Source: a bacterium (GTDB taxonomy: Bacteria; Verrucomicrobiota; Kiritimatiellia; CAIKKV01; CAITUY01). From it: DNA of 64,000 bases. The notes under the pieces are model-generated. The model saw only the letters and a program-made list of their open reading frames with translations, searched no databases and was not told the DNA's origin. Shown here piece by piece: positions 26,960 through 35,061 of the stretch. The DNA is taken from NCBI GenBank assembly GCA_037143135.1, contig JBAWZH010000001.1:9553-73552 (forward strand), given 5' to 3'. A program made the translations under genes and the position numbers. Within the stretch, counting starts at the first letter, position 1; every line of letters begins with the position of its first letter.

Positions 26960-28329
26960 GTTTGAACGCAGACCTTTCTATTCAACTTGTCTGGGCCATA
27001 GCGAACACTGAAGCTAATCTTTCAGGCGAGAAACGCATTCGACCAATTCACTTCTATTTAGGCATTCTCAAGTTGGTTGATCCAAGATTCCTGAAACAGT
27101 TGCATGGTGTGGATATACCGGAAGAGGAACAGCGCAGCCTCGGACAACTGTCCAAAGATGTCCGGCACTATCTTGAGATGACGGTTGATGAAATCACGAA
27201 ATTGCGCCGAGCCCTTAGAAGCGGGTTGCGAGAGGGAACGCCTGAAAAAGTCGAAATACACATGCTGCACAGATCAGATGATTCGAGAAAAGTCTTTCTG
27301 GAGGCTGGGAATAAAGTGATTCAAGCCGGGGGTAAGTCTTTGTCCGTCCTCCAGCTCGCAGAAGCTCTTTTCGAGTCTGGCGCCATCAGTCTAGATGGCC
27401 TTAAACGTCCCCATGGGCGTCCAAGTTCGAAAGGCGCGAAATGGGAGGTCGTTAATGACGGGAAGCCAGACAATCAAAAAAAGTATTCAGAATGGTTCGG
27501 GCGTAATCTGCTGAAAATGGCAATTGAGGGGACACTGCCACCTTTTGAGGGAAGAGAGCGGGAAATTAAAACCATCCTACGCGTTCTTTCCCGAACAAGA
27601 AAACGCCATATTGCCATCATCGGTGATCCTGGAGTTGGTAAAACGGCGCTAGTCGAAGGTCTGGCAAAGACTATTGCAGAGAAAAAGGTGCCTGTTGATT
27701 TGCATAATTCGGAAGTCCTTGAACTTCATGGCAGCGATATTTCAGCTGATTGTAAGAGCGAAGCAGAAATTAACCGGCGCATCTCGCATGTATTTCATGT
27801 TCTCGAGAACCATAAGCGGGCTGTACTTCTGCTCGATGATTTTCATGGTCTGTTCCCCAGCCATTTGAAGCATGATGCGACAGTTGACCTTCTTACAACT
27901 CTTCTGGCTGAGGATAATACTCCTGTGATTATTACAACCTTACCCGGGAAATGGGCGGGATTAACTGCCAGTGCGCCATCTCTTTTGAGGCATTTCGAGG
28001 TCATCAATATAACGGATCCGTCAGAAATGGAATGTAAGCGTGTTGCAGAGGCGTGGGTAAAGCGTATCGCAGAATCGCAAAGGATTAACTTCGCCCCAAA
28101 AGTGCTTGAGGCCATAATATCAGCGGCGGCTGGGTTATCGGCAGATCGGGCTTTAATTGATCGAATTGTGGATTTGATCGAGAATGCGGCAACATATGTA
28201 AAAGTGTCGGCGTTTTCATCAAATGATGCACGGCGCGACGTAACCACCGAGGTTATAGCGTCTGTCCTTACGGAGCATCACAAAGTTCGCTCAGTTAGAG
28301 CACCAAGAAGCATTGGTGAAAATCCATGA
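26956..28329 (+). CDS. Clp_N domain + single ClpA/ClpB-D1-like AAA+ module
   Basis: Clp_N-like N-terminus (IRPIHFYLGILKLVDP). FEGREREIKTILRVLSRTRKRHIAIIGDPGVGKTALVEGLA (Walker A). Walker B reads VLLLDDFH. ATGA overlap with the upstream gene. Confidence 0.75.
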   Translation: MSLNADLSIQLVWAIANTEANLSGEKRIRPIHFYLGILKLVDPRFLKQLHGVDIPEEEQRSLGQLSKDVRHYLEMTVDEITKLRRALRSGLREGTPEKVEIHMLHRSDDSRKVFLEAGNKVIQAGGKSLSVLQLAEALFESGAISLDGLKRPHGRPSSKGAKWEVVNDGKPDNQKKYSEWFGRNLLKMAIEGTLPPFEGREREIKTILRVLSRTRKRHIAIIGDPGVGKTALVEGLAKTIAEKKVPVDLHNSEVLELHGSDISADCKSEAEINRRISHVFHVLENHKRAVLLLDDFHGLFPSHLKHDATVDLLTTLLAEDNTPVIITTLPGKWAGLTASAPSLLRHFEVINITDPSEMECKRVAEAWVKRIAESQRINFAPKVLEAIISAAAGLSADRALIDRIVDLIENAATYVKVSAFSSNDARRDVTTEVIASVLTEHHKVRSVRAPRSIGENP

Positions 28330-28497
28330 AAGATGGCTATCAATTGGCAATATCATTCTCAAAGATGATATAGGTCAGCCAATACGTACTGTCCAAAAGT
28401 GAGACGCAACAACTTTATGTCTTGATCATCCTGGTATACCAAACGATAAACTGAACCATTCTTATCCTAATTCATCCGTCTTCATACCACTAGAAGC

Positions 28498-28526
28498 TTG
28501 ACAAGTGGCTTGATTTGGAGTCTAAT
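28498..28526 (+). promoter_or_regulatory. Candidate sigma70-type promoter for the HTH-SNF2 operon
   Basis: TTGACA (28498-28503), a 17-nt spacer, then TCTAAT (28521-28526), about 50 nt upstream of ATG 28575. Confidence 0.3.
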
Positions 28527-28574
28527 TACATAAGTTGTTGTCTCCGTGAATATTCCATAAAGGGGGGCATTGTT

Positions 28575-28754
28575 ATGGATGACCGATGGTTCTCTGTTGA
28601 AGACATAGCTGCATATCTGGGAGTCAAAAAAGACACCATCTATAAATGGGTGCGCCTTAAGGCAATGCCAGCTCACAAGGTAGGGCGGTTGGTGAAATTC
28701 AAGGTCACAGAAGTTGACCAGTGGATTAGGTCAGGCAAGGCTAGACAACAATAA
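28575..28754 (+). CDS. Excisionase/MerR-superfamily HTH DNA-binding protein
   Basis: FSVEDIAAYLGVKKDTIYKWVRLKAMPAHKVGRLVKFKVTEVDQWI. ATG 28575 has a G-rich RBS 8 nt upstream; the ORF-track start is 28515. Confidence 0.7.
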   Translation: MDDRWFSVEDIAAYLGVKKDTIYKWVRLKAMPAHKVGRLVKFKVTEVDQWIRSGKARQQ

Positions 28755-28757
28755 TGT

Positions 28758-31622
28758 ATGAAGATTACCGACTACCATGCCAAATACTACGCTTGTGAGT
28801 TGACCAAACGGTGTCCATCCGACAGCGTTGAGAAACTTGCGGCTTCGCTGGTTGATGCCCAGGTCGATCTGAACCCCCATCAAGTTGAAGCGGCCCTCTT
28901 TGCGTTCAAATCCCCATTTTCAACCGGGGCAATTCTCGCCGATGAAGTGGGCTTGGGTAAAACCATTGAAGCGGGACTCGTTCTGTCCCAGATATGGGCT
29001 GAAAAGAAACGCAAGATACTCATCGTTGTCCCATCAAGCTTGCGTAAACAATGGAACCAGGAACTCGCTGAAAAGTTCTTTCTTCCCTCCGAAATCCTGG
29101 AATCCAAGCCATTCAATGATTACGTCAAGGCCGGGCATCCGAATCCATTCCAGCAAGACAAGATCGTTATCTGTTCCTATCATTTCGCCCGGAACAAGGC
29201 AGATTACGCCGGTAAGGTTAGTTGGGATCTTGTGATTTTCGATGAAGCGCATCGTTTGCGCAACGTATATAAGCCGGAAAACAAGATAGCAAGGACCCTC
29301 AAAGAATCGCTAGGTCATTGCCCGAAATTGCTTCTAACAGCCACCCCTCTCCAAAACTCTTTGCTGGAGCTCTATGGGCTTGTGAGTTTCATTGATGAAT
29401 ACAGTTTCGGTGATCTGAAAAGTTTCAAGAATCAGTATGCTCGGATCAATACGCAGGAGACGTTTATCGAACTCAAAGCCCGCCTTGCGCCGATCTGTAA
29501 GAGAACCTTGCGACGGCAAGTCCTTGAGTATGTCAAATATACGAACCGCATTCCCATAACCCAAGAGTTTGTGCCGACGAAGGACGAAGAAAGACTTTAC
29601 GATCTCGTCTCCGACTACTTGCAGAGGCCTAATCTTCAGGCGCTCCCAGCCAGTCAACGTTCTCTTATGACGCTGGTGCTCCGCAAACTGCTTGCTTCCT
29701 CTACATTTGCAATTGCAGGGGCTTTGAACACGCTCATACACCGCCTCGAAGCCCGCATGAAGAACTCCAAAGTCGTTGATGCCAGCGCAGAGTTGTCCAT
29801 TGACTTTGAGGGGCTGGACGAAATCAAAGATGAATGGAATGACGAAGATAGTGATGCTGATGGGCCTGAGCAGATTACCAAAGAGGATGCGGATGCCATT
29901 GCGCAGGAGATCAGGGAACTTAAGGATTTCAGGATGTTGGCTGAATCCATTGCTCAGAATGCCAAAGGGAAAGCCCTCATCAAGGCTTTGAAAGCGGGAT
30001 TTGATAAGGCCACGACCCTTGGCGCAAGCAAAAAGGCTGTGATATTCACCGAATCCTGCCGCACCCAGGAATACCTGATTCGCCTCCTTTCCAATACCGA
30101 GTATGCGAATGGTATTGTGTTATTCAATGGCCAGAATAATCATCCGCAAGCCAAGCAGATTTATGGCGAGTGGCTCAAGAAGCATGAAGGCACCGATTTA
30201 ATCACGGGTTCAAGGACCGCCGATCTTCGCGCGTCTCTCATTGATAATTTCCGCGACGATGCACAGATCCTCATTGCGACTGAAGCCGCGGCAGAAGGTA
30301 TAAACCTGCAATTCTGTTCCCTAGTCGTGAATTATGATCTGCCATGGAATCCCCAACGCATTGAACAGCGCATTGGCCGTTGTCACCGATACGGGCAGAA
30401 ACATGATGTAGTTGTCGTCAATTTCCTGAATAAGAAGAATGCCGCCGATCAGCGGGTTTACCAGCTACTTGCCGAGAAGTTTCAGTTGTTTAGCGGCGTA
30501 TTCGGTGCCAGCGACGAAGTTCTGGGCAGTATTGAGTCCGGCGTGGATTTTGAAAAGCGTATTGTGGCCATCTATCAGACCTGCCGAACACCGGAGGAAA
30601 TTGAGGCCTCATTCGACCTTCTTCAGAAAGAGCTTTCTGGTCAAATTGATGAGACCATGAAAGTCACCCGGCAGCAGCTTCTGGATAACTTTGACGAAGA
30701 AGTCCATGAGAAGCTTCGGGTGAACCTGCAAGCCAGCAAGGATTACTTGAATCGGTATGAATCGCTTCTCTGGCGCCTCACATCACATGCCCTTACTAAC
30801 TTTGCGAAAATAGATGATTCAGCGTTAACATTTGACCTAACGGCCAATCCTTTCCCAACAAATAGCATTCCCTTAGGCCATTATCGCTTTGGCAGAGAGG
30901 TGGCTGATGCGCATCATTATCGGTTTGCCCACCCTCTTGCTCAACAGATCCTGCACGATTCCAAGGGTCTGAAACTACCGGCCGCAGAGGTTTGTTTCGA
31001 CTACTCTGCAAATCAGGCGCAGATCACGGCGATCATGCCTTTATTGAAGAAATCCGGGTGGATACGGCTTTGTCAGCTCACAGTCTCGTCATTTGAGGCC
31101 GCCGATTACCTTCTGTGGGCCGGGATCACAGATGATGGGGCGGCGCTCTCCGATGAACAATGCAAAAGACTATTCAACCTCCCTGCCGTTTCTGGGAAAA
31201 CTTGCTATTCAGCGCCTTCCGAGGATTCTTCCCTGAATAGCATTCTTAAGGGGGGTGAGAAGTCTATTCTCCAGAGCAATGCAGAGCGTGACGCTGGATT
31301 GTTTGACGCAGAAATGGGTAAGCTCGAACATTGGTCTGAAGACATGAAGACCAGCTTGGAAATCAAATTGAAGCAATTGGATATGGACATCAAAATGCGC
31401 AAAGCCGAAGCGCGTAAGATCACCAACCTTGAAGATAAGGTCAAAGCCCACCGCGAAATTAAAGACCTTGAGAAATCCCGTAACGATATGCGTCTCAACC
31501 TCTACCAAGCTCAGGATGACGTAGAGAACCAGAAAGAACGTTTGATAGAAAAGATTGAGGCAAGACTGAAGCAAAACGTAAATAAAACCGACATCTTTAC
31601 CATTCGCTGGAGGGTAGTATGA
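28758..31622 (+). CDS. SNF2-family helicase/translocase with unassigned ~350-aa C-terminal region
   Basis: ILADEVGLGKTIEAG (I), DLVIFDEAHRLRN (II), LLLTATPLQNSLLELYGL (III), NYDLPWNPQRIEQRIGRCHRYGQ (VI). The C-terminus ends in a K/E-rich coiled coil. Confidence 0.85.
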   Translation: MKITDYHAKYYACELTKRCPSDSVEKLAASLVDAQVDLNPHQVEAALFAFKSPFSTGAILADEVGLGKTIEAGLVLSQIWAEKKRKILIVVPSSLRKQWNQELAEKFFLPSEILESKPFNDYVKAGHPNPFQQDKIVICSYHFARNKADYAGKVSWDLVIFDEAHRLRNVYKPENKIARTLKESLGHCPKLLLTATPLQNSLLELYGLVSFIDEYSFGDLKSFKNQYARINTQETFIELKARLAPICKRTLRRQVLEYVKYTNRIPITQEFVPTKDEERLYDLVSDYLQRPNLQALPASQRSLMTLVLRKLLASSTFAIAGALNTLIHRLEARMKNSKVVDASAELSIDFEGLDEIKDEWNDEDSDADGPEQITKEDADAIAQEIRELKDFRMLAESIAQNAKGKALIKALKAGFDKATTLGASKKAVIFTESCRTQEYLIRLLSNTEYANGIVLFNGQNNHPQAKQIYGEWLKKHEGTDLITGSRTADLRASLIDNFRDDAQILIATEAAAEGINLQFCSLVVNYDLPWNPQRIEQRIGRCHRYGQKHDVVVVNFLNKKNAADQRVYQLLAEKFQLFSGVFGASDEVLGSIESGVDFEKRIVAIYQTCRTPEEIEASFDLLQKELSGQIDETMKVTRQQLLDNFDEEVHEKLRVNLQASKDYLNRYESLLWRLTSHALTNFAKIDDSALTFDLTANPFPTNSIPLGHYRFGREVADAHHYRFAHPLAQQILHDSKGLKLPAAEVCFDYSANQAQITAIMPLLKKSGWIRLCQLTVSSFEAADYLLWAGITDDGAALSDEQCKRLFNLPAVSGKTCYSAPSEDSSLNSILKGGEKSILQSNAERDAGLFDAEMGKLEHWSEDMKTSLEIKLKQLDMDIKMRKAEARKITNLEDKVKAHREIKDLEKSRNDMRLNLYQAQDDVENQKERLIEKIEARLKQNVNKTDIFTIRWRVV

Positions 31623-31719
31623 GTGAGCCGAACATCATCTGTCCAAAGTGCAAGGCGGAAATCAGGCTGTCCGAATCAATATGCTATTGTTTGCATTTTC
31701 GTTATGGAGAACCACTGAA

Positions 31720-33009
31720 ATGACCGTCATGAAATCTACAACTCACGACCCGCGCGAACACATTCGCGGCATTCACCAGATATTAATCTCCGACAAGAAA
31801 CGCATAGGCTTTCTTTTTGGAGCAGGCACTTCATTTGCAACGGGACTTGCCACAGTCAACGTGCCCACCATCGCGAAGATGACAGAATTGATCGTCTCCG
31901 AGTTGAAGAAACTCCCTCCTCCGATACCTAACGCCATAGACGAAATAGAGAAAGAAATTGGCGCCGACCATTTCACTGTTGAGTCGCTCCTATCAACAAT
32001 CGAAGCGAAGCGAGCCGTGATCGCATCTGGAAAACTGAATGGTCTCACAGCCGAGAAATTCTCAGAACTCTCAAAGGCTATGAAGAGTCATGTGAAAACA
32101 TTGGTATCAATTCACAGTGCCATTAAACCCGACGAGACTCGAAACCTTTCACACTTCAAGCTTGCGAGTTGGGTGTCAAAGGCGAGGCGAAGCTTTCCCG
32201 CCGAGTTATTCACAACAAACTATGACTACCTTTTCGAAATTGCACTAGAAACTCTGGGCATTCCCTACTTTGATGGATTCTCTGGAAGTTATGAACCCTT
32301 CTTTTGTCCAGAAGCTGTAGAAGACATTAAATGTTACCCTCAGCTCGTGAAGTTATGGAAACTTCACGGATCACTGGGTTGGATATACCGTGACGCAGAT
32401 AAGTCTGTGCGCAGAATCAACTCAGCAACGGATGACGACATTCTTATCTATCCATCACACCTCAAATACAACACCTCAAAGAAGCAGCCTTACGTCGGTC
32501 TAATTGATCGTTTGTGCGACTTCCTCCAACAAGACGACTCCGTCTTAATCACTTGCGGATATTCTTTCGGCGACAATCACATAAACGAACGCATTGGGAC
32601 ATCATTGAGACGCGGTGCCAATTCGCAGGTTATTGCCATGTACTACGACGAAGTATGCTGCAAAAATAATGAGCGCGAGTATGCATTGGCGAAGCCTGAC
32701 AATCATGTGCGAAGCATGGCAACGCACGAGACAGGTGGGAAAATGTCAGCATATGGAATGCGTCACGCGGTGATTGGTGGTAAATTCGGGGAATGGCAAC
32801 TGCGCGATGAGCCAAGAGCAGATGAAGCGATTCGTGTCAGCCAATACTTTGATGAGGACGCATCGATTCCGTCAGATAATGCTGGCGAGCAAACAGGTAA
32901 TGAAAGATGGGAAGGAACAGGCCGTTTCATTCTGCCGGATTTCTGCAAGCTCGCCGAATTCCTAAATTCTCTTTCAACGAGCGAGCAGAGCTTCGCGCCG
33001 GTGCAGTAA
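31720..33009 (+). CDS. SIR2-like protein (SIR2-HerA defence system)
   Basis: RIGFLFGAGTSFATGL, LFTTNYDYLFE and LWKLHGSLGW are SIR2_2-type motifs. A HerA gene lies immediately downstream. ATG 31720 has GGAGA upstream; the ORF track uses 31648. Confidence 0.75.
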   Translation: MTVMKSTTHDPREHIRGIHQILISDKKRIGFLFGAGTSFATGLATVNVPTIAKMTELIVSELKKLPPPIPNAIDEIEKEIGADHFTVESLLSTIEAKRAVIASGKLNGLTAEKFSELSKAMKSHVKTLVSIHSAIKPDETRNLSHFKLASWVSKARRSFPAELFTTNYDYLFEIALETLGIPYFDGFSGSYEPFFCPEAVEDIKCYPQLVKLWKLHGSLGWIYRDADKSVRRINSATDDDILIYPSHLKYNTSKKQPYVGLIDRLCDFLQQDDSVLITCGYSFGDNHINERIGTSLRRGANSQVIAMYYDEVCCKNNEREYALAKPDNHVRSMATHETGGKMSAYGMRHAVIGGKFGEWQLRDEPRADEAIRVSQYFDEDASIPSDNAGEQTGNERWEGTGRFILPDFCKLAEFLNSLSTSEQSFAPVQ

Positions 33010-33011
33010 CC

Positions 33012-34784
33012 ATGAAACACAATCCCACACTCATTGGTGAAGTCGAGAGCGTCAGCGGAAATGTGGTATCCGTAAGAATGTCGCAATCGTATCCGTCGAA
33101 TATGCCTATTGTCGATGGTACGGTTTATCGTATCGGTCAAATCGGTTCGTTTCTTAAAATTCCTTTGGGCTATGCCAATCTCTATGGAATCATAACGCAA
33201 GCGGGTGTCTTGGCCATGCCAGAGACCCTTGCGCAGGCATACAGGGATAACCCTTCACTCGCCGATGCACACCGATGGCTGAGAATGATCCTCATCGGTG
33301 AGCAAGTGGGATCGTCCTTTGAGAGAGGAGTGTTACAATCGCCAACGTCTGGCGATCAGGTTCATTTGGTCACAAATGAAGATCTTCGTATCGTTTACGG
33401 TGGATATCATTCTGAATCTTCCATTGTGGTTGGCAACCAGAGTGCTTCTGAGGGTCTGGCGGCTCAGTTTGACCTCGATAAGCTGCTCTCACGTCATTGC
33501 GCGATCCTTGGGGCAACCGGAAGTGGAAAATCAAACGCAGTCAGTGTCATAATAAGAGCAATTTCAGAAAAACCTTTCAAAAGTGCTCGCATATTGATGA
33601 TTGACCCACACGGCGAGTATGCAAATGCTCTTAGAGACAAGTGCCGAGTATTCAAAGTTGGAGCGGTGAATGCCAACGCTGAATTCGAGCTTTGCGTTCC
33701 GTATTGGGCTTTGCCCTTCAAAGAGCTTCTTTCAATATTTCCTGGCAAATTAAATGACCAGAATGAGGACTATGTTCGCGGTAAAGTCTTGGAAAAGAAA
33801 AGGGCTTCTGCAAAGAAGATTACTAATCTTCGGGAAGAAGCAATAACGGCCGACAGTCCAATTCCCTTTTCACTTAAACAGCTCTGGTATGAACTTGACG
33901 AGTTCGAAAGAATGACGCTGAAGGCTGACCGAGTGACACCAGAGAACAAGACGCCGGGTGATGCCGACAAGCTTGCGTCCTGCCAGTATCCTGTCGCAGG
34001 TCTTGGCTCGTCCGCGCCGTTCTTAAACAACAAGGCGAAAGGCATATTAGGGTTCTTGGATGGTATGCGTTCGCGCATGTTGGATCAACGATACGGCTTC
34101 CTGTTTGACCCTGCCGGATACAGCCCGAATCTTAAAGGCGAAATATCCAACGACCTTCCGGAACTCCTGGCAAGCTGGTTTTCCCACGGCGCGCCGATTT
34201 CTATTCTTGATCTGTCTGACGTGCCCGCTTCAATTACGCAAGAAATTTCAGGTTCAATTCTGAAGTTGATCTACGATGCACTGTTTTGGGGGCAGGAAAC
34301 GCCTGTTGGTGGCAAGAGACAACCCTTGCTCGTCGTGCTGGATGAGGCTCACGCCTATCTCAAGGCTGGAGAGGACTCTATCTCCTCTCGGACAGTACAG
34401 GCAATTGCCAAGGAAGGACGGAAACACGGAGTTGGACTCTTGTTAGTGACACAGCGGCCATCTGAACTAGATGAAACCGTGCTAAGCCAATGTGGCTCGG
34501 TTGTGGCTCTTCGCATGACGAACTCGAATGACAAGGGGCATGTGTCTGCTGCAATGCAAGATGAACTGCGCGAAATGGCGGACGTGCTTTCAAGTTTACG
34601 CACTGGAGAGGCGATAGTCAGTGGAGAAATGGTTCGAATTCCGTCTCGAATCAAGTTCTTTCAATCCACTAAATCAACGAAGAGTGCAGATCCAGTTGCA
34701 TCAAAACTATGGTCGAAGGACGCGCCAAATGGTACGGAATATGAAACCTCTATCCGAAAATGGAGAAATCAGTCATTCAATTAG
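33012..34784 (+). CDS. herA: HerA-like (DUF87/FtsK-HerA superfamily) ATPase of SIR2-HerA
   Basis: Walker A AILGATGSGKSNAVSVII and Walker B LLVVLDEAHAYL. N-terminal barrel-like LIGEVESVSGNVVSVRM. ATG 33012 lies 2 nt after the SIR2 stop. Confidence 0.8.
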   Translation: MKHNPTLIGEVESVSGNVVSVRMSQSYPSNMPIVDGTVYRIGQIGSFLKIPLGYANLYGIITQAGVLAMPETLAQAYRDNPSLADAHRWLRMILIGEQVGSSFERGVLQSPTSGDQVHLVTNEDLRIVYGGYHSESSIVVGNQSASEGLAAQFDLDKLLSRHCAILGATGSGKSNAVSVIIRAISEKPFKSARILMIDPHGEYANALRDKCRVFKVGAVNANAEFELCVPYWALPFKELLSIFPGKLNDQNEDYVRGKVLEKKRASAKKITNLREEAITADSPIPFSLKQLWYELDEFERMTLKADRVTPENKTPGDADKLASCQYPVAGLGSSAPFLNNKAKGILGFLDGMRSRMLDQRYGFLFDPAGYSPNLKGEISNDLPELLASWFSHGAPISILDLSDVPASITQEISGSILKLIYDALFWGQETPVGGKRQPLLVVLDEAHAYLKAGEDSISSRTVQAIAKEGRKHGVGLLLVTQRPSELDETVLSQCGSVVALRMTNSNDKGHVSAAMQDELREMADVLSSLRTGEAIVSGEMVRIPSRIKFFQSTKSTKSADPVASKLWSKDAPNGTEYETSIRKWRNQSFN

Positions 34785-34795
34785 GGAGAATTCAA

Positions 34796-35017
34796 ATGTC
34801 TATGCCCGAAATGCAACCTGTATCGTCTTCAAATATTACAGCAATTGGATACGATGTTGAGAATCAAGTCGTCTACGTGCAATTCCTGAACGGTTCAACA
34901 TATGCCTATAAAGGAGTTCCAGAGCACGAGTTTGAGAACCTAAAAACAGCGTCATCTATCGGATCATATCTGAATCGAAACTTCAAAAATGTTTATCCGT
35001 ACGAACGAGCATCCTAA
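34796..35017 (+). CDS. KTSC-domain protein
   Basis: ITAIGYDVENQVVYVQFLNGSTYAYKGVPEHEFENLKTASSIGSYLNRNFK matches the KTSC domain pattern. AGGGAGA RBS before ATG 34796. Confidence 0.6.
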   Translation: MSMPEMQPVSSSNITAIGYDVENQVVYVQFLNGSTYAYKGVPEHEFENLKTASSIGSYLNRNFKNVYPYERAS

Positions 35018-35061
35018 TTTATCGGACAAGACTGCTGTCGCAAGGTGGCAAGGATTTAGCA

